From: Candidatus Bathyarchaeota archaeon
Lineage (GTDB): Archaea > Thermoproteota > Bathyarchaeia > Bathyarchaeales > Bathycorpusculaceae
Length of the DNA: 64,000 nucleotides
Reading direction: 5' to 3'
Assembly: GCA_963811105.1 (NCBI GenBank)
Contig: CAWEPZ010000009.1
Span: forward strand, 1-64,000
In this document: one piece after another, positions 9,625 through 19,852 of the stretch
Layout of the letters: every line of letters starts with the position of its first letter
Position numbering within the stretch: the stretch's first letter is position 1
Notes under the pieces: generated by a model
What the model saw: the letters and a program-made list of their open reading frames with translations, nothing else
Databases searched by the model: none
Told to the model about the DNA's origin: nothing
Translations under genes and position numbers: made by a program

Positions 9625-10722
9625 ATGAACATTAGAGATTGTATGCTTTGGAAAACTCACATAAAGATTACCTTTTCAGTTTTTAGGGAATTAGGGATAT
9701 ATCTTTCAGACGATGAGAAAGAGAGGGTCAAAGAAGGTGTTATAGCGCCAGATAAGTGGGGATTAGCAGACACTCCTCACCATTATGGTAAGGAAAAAAA
9801 GATTTGTGATTATCTGCTGCTTTCTAGGAAATATTTTCTTAGGTATGATTTATTGGGTGCTTACTATTACCTTGGAATTGCACTTCACTATATCCAAGAC
9901 TCTTACGTGTCAATGGCTTCTTTTTATCCGAAACACCACAGTTGGGAAGAGAGTATTGAGAATTCTACCTATGAATCTGACTTGCAGAAGACTATACGCT
10001 ATTGGCTAAGAAACAACAGTTTTGAGAGAGACAGATGTTTGGGAATAGCTAGTTCTTTAACAATTGAAGTTCAAGGTAGAGATAATACATTATACATCGC
10101 TACTCTGAGTGGGCATAAACAGCTTACTAGTTATGCTAAACCAATAATAGATTATAATTTGGGTTTTAGGGCTAGTTACTTAGTTGCCAAGTCTGTTCTT
10201 AGCCCAAGAAGTAGCACTGAACTAGATTTTGCTCTTAAACAATTATTAAAGTACTATGAGAATCTACTGCATGAGTCTGAATCATCAAGTTCAACAGAAA
10301 TAATTGACATAGTTAATCAGGTTGAAAATCTCAAAAGAAAGAAGACAGCTAAATCAGGTTTTGTTCCAAAGCTAAAAAATGGATTTCTGAGTTTAAAAGT
10401 TAAGGTGAAAGAGTTTCAGTTAAACTCCAAGTACAATAATTACCTCCAAAAAAGACACCTTTTTGCTGTTTATGATAGGTATAAAGAAGCAGCTAAAAGA
10501 ATCATTAATCCTCATATTGGCTGGTATAATTTCCATATCCTTGAGAAAGATATTAGAATAATTAAAAGTGAATTAATTCCAATTCAGGAAGCACTCAGGA
10601 ACTTTGATATTAACGAAGAAGTATTAGCAGTACTTATTTGGAATGGAAGAATAAATTGTTACAAAATAGGAAATAAAAAATTAGTTAATAGAAGAGAAGT
10701 TCATTTAGTCCTGAAAGCTTAA
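9625..10722 (+). CDS. Zn-dependent phospholipase C / S1-P1 nuclease-like protein with C-terminal coiled coil and possible HTH
   Basis: WKTH, GVIAPDKW, PHH, YYLGIALHYIQD, HHSWEE metal ligands; the C-terminus (IPIQEA...GRINCYKIGNKKLVNR) resembles excisionase-type HTH. Confidence 0.75.
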   Translation: MNIRDCMLWKTHIKITFSVFRELGIYLSDDEKERVKEGVIAPDKWGLADTPHHYGKEKKICDYLLLSRKYFLRYDLLGAYYYLGIALHYIQDSYVSMASFYPKHHSWEESIENSTYESDLQKTIRYWLRNNSFERDRCLGIASSLTIEVQGRDNTLYIATLSGHKQLTSYAKPIIDYNLGFRASYLVAKSVLSPRSSTELDFALKQLLKYYENLLHESESSSSTEIIDIVNQVENLKRKKTAKSGFVPKLKNGFLSLKVKVKEFQLNSKYNNYLQKRHLFAVYDRYKEAAKRIINPHIGWYNFHILEKDIRIIKSELIPIQEALRNFDINEEVLAVLIWNGRINCYKIGNKKLVNRREVHLVLKA

Positions 10723-10773
10723 GCTTTTAAGTGCTGACGGACAACCAGTTTAAAGAAATAGAAGCGATTAACT

Positions 10774-11511
10774 ATGGCTAAGGATAGCAAGTATTCAATT
10801 GACAAATTGAATGAACTGCATCCAAAGTTTATCAAAGCAATTAAGGAAACATCACCTTTAGCTGTTCTCAGTTCTCTTTGTATTGCTGTATCAGCTTTCA
10901 CAAACCAGAGTTTTCCTGACGCTCAACCTTTTGCAATCACAGCTGCAATTTTGTTTTTAATCTCATTTTCTTCCTCAATTATTTTTAAAATTTTAAATGG
11001 AACTGTTTATGCCCCTTTATTTTCATTGACTTCCTTTGTAACAACCACAATGGCAATAATCATGCTTTTTGGAGCACTTTATTATTTTGGGACAAAACTT
11101 CCTTTGGTCAGTGATACAGTTTCAGCAATTCTACCTATAATGTTAATCATCTTTAGCGTGGTTTTTGGTCTTTTTTATTGGGAAGTCAAGGCTAAACTTA
11201 GGATTAAGTTGCAGTCTATTTTACCCTTTTATTTTCAATTGGGTTATTTTATATTAATAGTTTCAATATTGGGGCTGGCTTGTGCTGGAATAATAGGAAT
11301 AATTCAAGTGTTAGGTCACTTTCCTGATACCTTTTATTTGTTGCCATACCTGCAAATAAGAAGTACAACGTTAGCACTGCTTGACTTTTTTGCTGGTGCC
11401 AATTTTCTTTTCTTCTTTTCACTCAGAAAGGCTAGTAAGTTACGGAAGGAAATTAAAGATCCTGCAGACGAACTTGATTCTTTACCTAGTAGGGTGTCAA
11501 TACTAAGATAA
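10774..11511 (+). CDS. Multi-pass membrane protein
   Basis: 245 aa, about six hydrophobic segments. Confidence 0.75.
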   Translation: MAKDSKYSIDKLNELHPKFIKAIKETSPLAVLSSLCIAVSAFTNQSFPDAQPFAITAAILFLISFSSSIIFKILNGTVYAPLFSLTSFVTTTMAIIMLFGALYYFGTKLPLVSDTVSAILPIMLIIFSVVFGLFYWEVKAKLRIKLQSILPFYFQLGYFILIVSILGLACAGIIGIIQVLGHFPDTFYLLPYLQIRSTTLALLDFFAGANFLFFFSLRKASKLRKEIKDPADELDSLPSRVSILR

Positions 11512-11660
11512 TTAGGTCATACATCTCAATGTCTGTTTATGACACTTTTTTCACTGATTAGAATGGTCAAGTCCCAAAGTTTCCAAAGTTTTATCTGTTT
11601 AATAGTCTCTAAAAGAATTTACTCTAACAATATCTAAAGCATATTCAAGAAGGTTGAAAT

Positions 11661-11921
11661 TTGGAAAAGGTTGATAGCAAAGATTTGCAAGACTTTGTTT
11701 CCTCAGCAGTCAGCAAGATTGAATCTGGACTTAAAGAACACAATTACATTGTTGCAGGAGCGATTGAATTTGACCTTGCTGTTATTAAACAAGGAAAAAA
11801 AGGTTTGGGACTTAAAGTATTTGTAGTAGATGCTTCAATGAATCGAAAGACAGAAGTTATTACAAGAATTAAATTCATGGCTGTTCCTACAGACTCCAGT
11901 TTTGGCAGAGCGCTAAAATAA
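11661..11921 (+). CDS. Trypsin-co-occurring domain 2 (Trypco2)-like protein
   Basis: DLQDFVSSAVSKIESGL...IEFDLAV...GLGLKVFVV...TRIKF pattern. Confidence 0.6.
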   Translation: MEKVDSKDLQDFVSSAVSKIESGLKEHNYIVAGAIEFDLAVIKQGKKGLGLKVFVVDASMNRKTEVITRIKFMAVPTDSSFGRALK

Positions 11922-12366
11922 GATGAGCTAGAGAGATTATGTGAGCAAAGTTTTCTCTAAGTTAATTCACAGATTCTATGCTGTCTAAAGCAAATTGTAT
12001 ACCTAATGGTTTTGCCTTGGCTATTCCGCTCCTTTGGAAGATGAGACCTATTTTGCTGGATACGCTAATAAGCGCTAGCTTTTCCAGTACAAAATTCCAC
12101 AAAATAAATTATTATGCTCATAACCACAGTCGCCAATACTTCGCATATAACTGCAAAGAACCATTATCAGAAGTAACTATCTTAGCCATAAAGCCGTGAA
12201 CAGTCAGTATTATTGCACCTAAAATGTAGAAAATCAATGCGTACATCAAACTATCCATTGCTTTTAGTCTCTGCATAGAGGCGGCTAATTTTGTTTAAAA
12301 CGCTTATTGCATAACTCCAAAGACAAAGAAAAGAAAAATTGGTTTGTGGCACCCCAAAAAAGTGGC

Positions 12367-12573
12367 TTAGACGGTTGTACGTATATCATAGCTGACTATT
12401 GCTATTTCTCCGTTGGCGATTGCTTGGTTAACTGCGTCATGGGCAACCAAGAAATAACGTTGTGTACCAGCACTATCTATTTGGGAAATTGCTATGCCGA
12501 CTTCTCTAATTGTTATAGTTCCACCGCTGCCATTTACGAGTACTCTGTAGTTTCTAATTGCCGTACGCTTATA
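12367..12573 (-). pseudogene. Start-less C-terminal fragment resembling a virion structural (tail/baseplate-type) protein
   Basis: YKRTAIRNYRVLVNGSGGTITIREVGIAISQIDSAGTQRYFLVAHDAVNQAIANGEIAIVSYDIRTTV*; stop codon directly upstream. Confidence 0.5.
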
Positions 12574-13627
12574 CTACCTTAGTTTTGCGTTTCTTAAGGT
12601 AGACAAGCAAACCCAAACCGACAACAGCCACTGTAGTCACGGATCCGATGAGTAGTGTTGTTGAGAAAAGCTCTGGTTCTGTCTCCCCATTGAAGTATAC
12701 AACCACGTTGTGTACGCTGTGTGAATATCCAATATCTAAAATCCATGATTGACTTGTTGATGCTATTGCGTATTCGATTGGTTTGTAATCTAAGAACACA
12801 CTGACGGCTTCAGGGTTAAATTCAGGGTCTTTTTCGAGAGTGATCTTGACGTAACCGTTTGTTCCACTTGGACCCTCAGCAGAAAAACTAAGAATACGGG
12901 TACTCGCATTAAAATTCAGCTCAGTTATTGTTGAGTTTGAAGAAAACTCGGTAATGAAATCCCCAAACGATTTAACACCAAGATTAACGCTTACACTTGT
13001 CTCGGGATAAGTGGAGTTTCCAATCCATGTTGCTTTAACCTGATAAGCTCCGCGCGAGGGCTTCCAGACAGTTGAATACTTGCCGTGATCATCAGTTTTA
13101 ACTGATACTATTTCATTCCACACGGCGTTCTCAATGTAAGTCTTGCTCGAAAGAACAATCCAAGCATTTGGCACGCCCACGCCATTATAGGTTAGATTTC
13201 CGCTGATTGTGACTTCTTGTCCAGTGTAGATTGAGTCACTGCTCAAAGAAATATGAACGGTGACAGGTGTTTGCTCCCTTACCTCTATTTCCATTTCGCT
13301 ACTGCCTCCAGTCCCAAGAGCATCGTCAACAGTAACGCCAACGCTATAAGTACCTGGTTTAGTATAAGTATGGTTTACAGTAGCGCCAGTTGCGAAGGTG
13401 CCATCTCCAAAATTCCAACTGTAAGAAAAAGTACGGGGGTCATGATTTTCGTTCCAGTATTGTTCCCACCAAAAAGCATCGAAACTGACAACATCTCCAA
13501 CCCTTGGCGTAAGCGGAGAGTAAACAAATGAAGGAGTCGCATGAACAATTTGCGCATTCACAGTAAACGGATGAGCTAACGAAATTAATGAAAAAACCAT
13601 TATGATTGCTAAAACTGTTTTCTTCAT
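12569..13627 (-). CDS. Secreted PKD/Ig-like domain surface protein with C-terminal TM anchor
   Basis: Signal peptide; SYSWNFGDGT..TG.TVNHTYTKPGTYSV PKD motif; ends LGLLVYLKKRK. Confidence 0.88.
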   Translation of the reverse strand: MKKTVLAIIMVFSLISLAHPFTVNAQIVHATPSFVYSPLTPRVGDVVSFDAFWWEQYWNENHDPRTFSYSWNFGDGTFATGATVNHTYTKPGTYSVGVTVDDALGTGGSSEMEIEVREQTPVTVHISLSSDSIYTGQEVTISGNLTYNGVGVPNAWIVLSSKTYIENAVWNEIVSVKTDDHGKYSTVWKPSRGAYQVKATWIGNSTYPETSVSVNLGVKSFGDFITEFSSNSTITELNFNASTRILSFSAEGPSGTNGYVKITLEKDPEFNPEAVSVFLDYKPIEYAIASTSQSWILDIGYSHSVHNVVVYFNGETEPELFSTTLLIGSVTTVAVVGLGLLVYLKKRKTKVV

Positions 13628-16004
13628 AGACTCTTGCTCCTCTGACGTTTCTTGAAGTAGACCATTAGAACTACAGCTAAAGCAGCCACTGACAAAATGG
13701 ATACTATAACTAATGTTGTTGGGAAAGGCTCTATTTGTGGGGGTTCTGGACTGGTATTAATGGTTGGATATTGTGCTGGAGGAGGAGAAACATCCGATGA
13801 ATTTGGAGGAATAGTTATTGTTTGGGTGTTGCTCCAACCGCTTGATTCACCAGTAAAAACATATGGATACATTTCTAATTGGTTTGTTGCATTAGGGTTA
13901 AAAATTCGATGGATAGACCCAATCATTGCTTGTACTTGAAAATCTACTTTATCGCCTGCAAATAAGTCATGTAAGCCACCTACATAATATTGGTATTCAA
14001 CAACGGGTTGGCCAGAAGGGTAAGACAAGTTTGTATATTCACCATTTGATTGACTTGGTACATCATTAGTAGGGTACTGCAGCCTCCAATTCCCGTCATT
14101 AATTCTTGTGCGGACATTATAGAAAAACCCGTAGTTAGGAAAGGAGGGTTGATTCTTGATTGACACTTCTATTGTTTTGTTTACAAAATCGCTGTCAGGA
14201 GGAGGAGAGATAAGCGTTACAGTAAATTCTGGGGTAGACGGTTTAGGTATTGACTGAGCCAATGCAGATTCAGCAACTATCCAGACTGTGTTAAAACTGA
14301 TAGCTAATTCCTAAGGGCATTTAGCATCCGAACTATTATTTGCAAGACTCTTTTACTTGTCTTCTCTTTCTTTACGTCTTCATCAAATTTATTATCGTTC
14401 CAACTCCAAAAATGTTGATGACTCGTCTCATGTTGTAAGCAAGCATCGTAAAACCCACTTCTCCCTTAACCTTCCTAAATCCCTTCAACAGCAAATAACC
14501 CTGATTGAAAGCCCGCTTGATGGTTCCAAACGGATGCTCAACAATCGTCCTTCTTAAACGGCACTTCTCTTTGCCTTCGGAAGTCTCCAATCTCGTCCTG
14601 AGACGATCAACCGCGCCATCAAACTCTCCTCTAAACATATACCTTCCATGCCTATTCAGAGTGCATTTACTCCTCACAGAACAAGCAAGAACAAAACGCT
14701 GTTCGATACAACCTACCTTTAAGACCGCCGTCTACGACCACCATGCTTCCAAAAAGGCATCTCCATTCCCAGCAGGACAAACATATACATCTTTATCTGC
14801 GTTGTAAACGAACTTGTCAGAATAAAACTCAGGTGCAGGAACCCCAACACTCTTGTATGGATTAAAAGCCGCGGGAATAGGCATGAAAACTCTAATCCCA
14901 TTATTCTCACAATCAGAAACGTCTTTCTCAACGTAAAATCCCTTATCGCTCAAAACATCAAGCTCATCAACACCCAAAGTCTCCTTCGCCGACTAAAGCA
15001 TCCCTGGTGAGTTGATGATGATCAGTCGAGATATTGATTACATCATAATCGACAATGAGATGTTGTTTTGCATCAACTGATGTTTGAATATTGTAGCCTA
15101 CTTCAAGCCTTTGGCAGTCAACTCGCATTAAACGGCTATCTGGATCCACAAGTGAAATCTCCTTCTGGCCTGTTGCCTTCATCTGGTTCTGAATTTGCTC
15201 GTATCGTTGCTTTTCTTCTTCAAGCTTGCCTATTTTCTCATTGAGCTCATTAATCTTGATGCTTTCATCTTCATCTGAGTTAGCTGTGTCGTTTTGGTCC
15301 ATTTCTTTGAGGTACTCTGCTATTTTGTCTTCTGTTTTTTTGAGCCTCAAAGCAACTGCTTTCTCGTTGAGGTTATTACTTCTTGAGTTCACTGCTTTGA
15401 ATTTGGTGCCATCAATGGCAACGAGTTGAGCTCCATACAAGATCGAGGTTTCTACAGAGGTAAACGAATTCTTTGAAGACGCGGTTTGATGCAGTCAACA
15501 TTGTCTTTTCTGAAGTCAGCGATGGTTTTGTGATCTGGAGCAAGTTTCTTCATAAGCCACATGACTTCAACGTTGCGGTGGCATTCTTTCTCCAGTTTCC
15601 TGCTGGATCTAATCTGGTTGAGGTAGCCGTAAACGTAGAGTTTGAGCAGGTCTGAAGGGTTGTAGGAAGGTCTTCCTGTGTCAGCTAGTACTGAGTGCTT
15701 GAAACCAAGCTTTTCCATGTTGAGGCTGTCTACGAAAGCGTCGATGAATCTGTACTGGGTTTTCTCTGTCAACATACTTCTCAATTGTGTCTGGGAAGAG
15801 AACGGTCTGGTCTCTGTTCTGTTCCGTTTACGTGTTCGCTCATGGCTTTTCAACTGCTCTTTCTGTTGCTCTAAAACTAGTCTAGATTTAAGCTTAACGG
15901 TAAATAGCCATCAAAGAAGAGACTTTTCACACAGTCTCTTTCAGGATTGAGCCAATTAAGATAACAACAAAAAGTAACGAGACCTCTTTGCTGATGCTGC
16001 CCAT
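13624..16004 (-). pseudogene. Surface protein gene split by IS1182 within its signal-peptide sequence
   Basis: 5' part 16004-15939 (MGSISKEVSLLFVVILIGSIL) rejoins in frame with IVAESALAQSIPKPSTPEF... (14280-13624, ends MVYFKKRQRSKSL) after removing the IS and one target copy. Confidence 0.85.
14282..15938 (-). mobile_element. IS1182-family insertion sequence, transposase frameshifted
   Basis: Terminal IRs CAGACTGTGTTAAAA (14282) and TTTTCACACAGTCTC (15938); imperfect 4-bp TSD TATC/TTTC; fragments GRPSY, SSRKLEKEC, PDHKTIADFR, AIDGTK, DPDSRLM, DKGF, VEHPFGTIK, AYNMRR. Confidence 0.92.
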
Positions 16005-16184
16005 GCTTGAGATTAGGGTTGATTTGGAGATAAAAGAGTACTCGTATAGGGTTCTTTACTGATTTGATTAAGGTTTTCTCTATGTAAGGAAACGAGCCTG
16101 AAGACCTAACCAGATAGGCCTCTAAACCATACTTCACCTCATTAGCATTCAGATTCTTTTATTCCAAATGTATTTCAGACAACA

Positions 16185-16407
16185 TTCTCCCATCAGCGAA
16201 CCAAGTCGCACTACGGCTTCAGCCAACAGCCAAGGAAAACTCCATTCTTGACTAAGCAGACAAAGCTGCAGTAAACCTGAGGAGATCCCTGAGCTGTTTG
16301 TCCTACTTTACCGTGAATTCCTTCCCAGACGTCCAAACAGCCCAAACAACATTCACCAGCTTACGAGCAACAATCTTAATCGCGTCACGACTATCTTCCT
16401 TACGTTG
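16185..16407 (-). mobile_element. IS110-family remnant: last 34 residues of the recombinase plus structured 3' non-coding end
   Basis: QRKEDSRDAIKIVARKLVNVVWAVWTSGKEFTVK* (16407-16303) has the ARKL..VWA IS110 C-terminal motif; followed by stem-loops. Confidence 0.6.
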
Positions 16408-16453
16408 TCAAGCCTCTTTGAAAACCAAAGCCTGAATAAGACAAACTCTTTTA

Positions 16454-17786
16454 TTAGTAAAAATTTTCTTTAGTTTTTCCATTTAGCGTTTTTCTAAACT
16501 TCAACGTCACAATTGCAACTGCAACAACGGCAACGCCCGTTATTGTTCCGAGCAGGTAAACTTCAGGTAGTTGACCAATGCTTTTGTTAGAGCTTGAAAT
16601 TGGAGATAGTGACTCGTTGGAGTAGAACACGTTTTGGTACCCTATTGATTCGATTGGTTGGGGCGTAGCGGGGTAAATTATGTCTAGATTAGAGCCATAA
16701 CTTTGCAGAAGGCTAGATACGTTCATGCAGATGTTGTTTGTTAGTGCGTCTGGTCCCCATAATCCCCATATACTATCGTTTGGCCCGCGAAAGCCGTAGG
16801 CGTAGTCTTGTGGAAGAACGTAAGCAGTTCTATCACTGGTGGGGCTAATAGTTCGTGGGATTGCTTTGAACATACTGCCAAAACTGCTTCATGGCATCAA
16901 GATGTTCCTGTTGTAAGATGCTTTGAGAGTAGTCTTTGTTGCTATCAAAAATTAGGATGTATTTTGCGCCGTTTTGATAAGCAAGAACCATGTCTTTATA
17001 GAGTTCTGGACCTGATTCAATGTATGGTGGTTGCCTGTAGGTCCAAGCTATTATGGCTCCCCAATCCTTGTTGAACGCAGTGGCGGCGCCTCTACATTGG
17101 GCTACATTCACTTGCCTGCTGTAGTTCCAGCCGAACTGAGCAAACACGGTATCATATCCTGCCTGATAATCGTACCAGTAAAATGCGTAGTCAGAGGTGA
17201 ATAACTTGTATTGGGTGGGGTAAGCGAAGCTTTGGGTGATTGAGTGGTTTCCGCGAATCCACCCATTTATCCCTTTAACATATTTAGTGGAAGCATCACT
17301 ATAATTGTTTGCAGCTTTGACAATTGGATAATTTTGCTGGTCAAGTTGTTTTCCTCCTTCTTCATCAAGGTAATAGATTCCTAGGAACTTGTCACCCCAT
17401 CTTTTGCCCGCGTCTGCAAGCCACTGTTGAGATGGATACCGGCGGCTATCACTATAGACTATGAATGACATGCCTTTATCGAAAGAGTATTGGCTTAGGG
17501 TGGTCAGTCTATCAAGATTGTAGTATCCGGTGCATCCGATAACGAAAATATTAGTATAAGAGCTAACCTTATCGATTAATTGCTCAGTTTCGGAAACGCT
17601 TTCGTAAGCAACATCAACACCTACGTATAAGCCAGGCGTAGTCTGTGCGTTAGCTGCTCTAGCTTGATAATTAGAGTTTAAGAAGAAAGGTAAAACTAGA
17701 AACGCAGTAAGCAGAATTGTCAATACCTTGATTTTCATTTGTATATAGTGGAATTTTGAAAGTAAATAAGAGTTTTCCAAAATCAA
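16454..17786 (-). pseudogene. Secreted, TM-anchored conserved hypothetical protein split by a 1-nt frameshift near 16858
   Basis: Track ORFs 16845-17786 (signal peptide, YVGVD, YYLDEEGG, TSDYAFYWYDY) and 16454-16873 (C-terminal TM) join if one base of the GGG at 16857-16859 is removed. Confidence 0.75.
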
Positions 17787-17954
17787 TCCGAATAAAACAA
17801 AATGGTAACGGAGCAGTTTGGCATATCACACTGGCATGAAGTAATCATAGATTTTGTACGGTAAACTATTCCGTGTTGCTTTTCTAAAATTCTAATCAGA
17901 GGGTGTAATTGGCAAAGCCTTTTTAGCATATCGGAGGTTTTTAATATATTTGTC

Positions 17955-18242
17955 GTGAGTAAAGAGGAGAAAATTATGTCATGGGATTGTGGCTTTTTTA
18001 TCTCTAAGAACAACCTCTTTCAAAAACAAGAGGCAAATGAGGAAGTAAAAAGCGAAAATAAAACTGTGCATTGCTCAGCTTGTAATCAGCCAATCGGCAT
18101 AGTATCCACTACGCTATATGAGATTGAAGGAAAACAATACTGCGTAGATTGCTATTCTAACATGATTATCAAAGAGGACATAGAAAGAGATCATTTTGAC
18201 GTAAAACAACAAAAAATTGCAATTCAAAAAACATCAATATAA
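17955..18242 (+). CDS. Small Zn-finger protein (LIM-like half domain)
   Basis: CSACNQPI...EIEGKQYCVDCY. Confidence 0.6.
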   Translation: MSKEEKIMSWDCGFFISKNNLFQKQEANEEVKSENKTVHCSACNQPIGIVSTTLYEIEGKQYCVDCYSNMIIKEDIERDHFDVKQQKIAIQKTSI

Positions 18243-18267
18243 TCCTTCATAGATTTCCTTTACTGCG

Positions 18268-19722
18268 TTATTCCGCACCCACGGGCATTGCTGTTTGAGT
18301 TTTTTTGATTCTGCCTCCTATCACTGCGGGTATCAGTGCGAACGTGTTAACTATTGCGAATGCCAAGTAAGTGTTTTTGAGGCTAGCTAAAAAGAGTGCT
18401 TTTGATGCAATAGATATCGACTGGGTATTAACGGCCGTTAGTATTTGAGTTATAAGATCGTATGGTGCTGTGAAGGACATTATTAAGACTGCGAAGTTTA
18501 AGCTTATAGTTAAACCGATGTTTAAGAAAAGCGTGAAGAGTGCTGAGCCGATTCCGTGTCTTTCTGGGGGAACTGAACTCATAACTGCCCTTAAGTTTGG
18601 AGCAACAAAAAGTCCGGTGCCAAGGCCTAATAGTATCATATAAGCACTGAGAACAAAGTAGGATGTTGTTGCATTTGTGGTTGAGAAAAGAAACAGCGCG
18701 ATGCTGCTAAGAACTAAACCTGTTATTGTAAATTGTGATTGACCATATTTGTCTGCTAATCGGCCACTTAAAGGTCCAATTGCCAAAAAGGCAATTTCAA
18801 AGGGAATGATCCTTAAACCTGCGTCTAAGGGACTAAGGTTTTCAACCAGTTGGAATTGCAAGCTTAACAGCAAGAGAACTCCTGTCCAGGTAATAATGTT
18901 AAACAATAAGGCGAACAAACCGCCCGAAACTTCACGGATTCTGAATACTTTCAGATAAATTAGTTGACATTCAACTTTCCTTTCGTAAAGTATGAAAATG
19001 ATAATTAATGCGGCTGAGGCTCCCAAAAGAATGTAGGATGTTGTAAATCCGTTAGTGCCGTAAGCGCCATATGTTAACCCAACCATTAAGCAGGACAGAA
19101 AAGCAGTGAAGATTGCGAAGCCTCCCCAATCAATATGTCTATCTTTGTCTAGAGGGGCAGTATCTTTGAGGCGTCTTCGAGCCCATAGAGTTCCGAATAT
19201 TCCTATTGGAATGTTAATATAAAATAAAGCGCGCCAATCAAGAAATGACAGAATTAACCCGCTAAGTGTCAAACCCAAAAGCGCCCCTGCGCGGAAAGCA
19301 ATCTGGTTTACTCCTAAAAACAATCCCAGTTGTCCCCTTGGCGCCGCGTCCGTTGCTATTGCGATGCTATTAGTGAATACTAATGCAGCTCCAATTCCTT
19401 GAATTCCTCTGAAAATGATGACTTCAGTAGGGTTTGTTCCTAAACTGGTTAAGGCTGAACCGACAGTAAATAAAGCGAAACCATAAGTGTAGATTTTTAC
19501 TCTTCCAAAGATATCGCCCAACCGTCCAATTATCGAAAGTGTTAGAGTGTTGGTCAAAACATATGCTTGCGTTATCCAAATTGCCTGCTCAATATTGGCG
19601 CGTAATTGTTGGGAGACTTGGGGCAGACCAATTATTACAATTCGAGTATCTATGCCAACCATTAATATTCCGATTGTTGTGACTGTCAAAGCTAACCATT
19701 TGTACTCCATGAAAATCACCAA
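18268..19722 (-). CDS. MFS transporter, DHA2 (EmrB/QacA-like)
   Basis: GRLGDIFGRVK motif A, WRALFYINIPIG, about 14 TMs. Confidence 0.92.
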   Translation of the reverse strand: MVIFMEYKWLALTVTTIGILMVGIDTRIVIIGLPQVSQQLRANIEQAIWITQAYVLTNTLTLSIIGRLGDIFGRVKIYTYGFALFTVGSALTSLGTNPTEVIIFRGIQGIGAALVFTNSIAIATDAAPRGQLGLFLGVNQIAFRAGALLGLTLSGLILSFLDWRALFYINIPIGIFGTLWARRRLKDTAPLDKDRHIDWGGFAIFTAFLSCLMVGLTYGAYGTNGFTTSYILLGASAALIIIFILYERKVECQLIYLKVFRIREVSGGLFALLFNIITWTGVLLLLSLQFQLVENLSPLDAGLRIIPFEIAFLAIGPLSGRLADKYGQSQFTITGLVLSSIALFLFSTTNATTSYFVLSAYMILLGLGTGLFVAPNLRAVMSSVPPERHGIGSALFTLFLNIGLTISLNFAVLIMSFTAPYDLITQILTAVNTQSISIASKALFLASLKNTYLAFAIVNTFALIPAVIGGRIKKTQTAMPVGAE

Positions 19723-19852
19723 AAAAGCAAATCCGTTAAGAATCCGCAGAATAATTATGTAAAATGTGGTAAATAACTCTTCACTGAAAACACTAGCTTA
19801 GAAAGCGTATTTAGCAAAAAAGAGTTTTCTGAAAAATTAAACAGATACTTTT

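Noticed and set aside
11978-12582. Track ORFs 11978-12199 and 12307-12582 (+)
   Set aside because: No recognisable features; the second is antisense to the better-supported minus-strand fragment.
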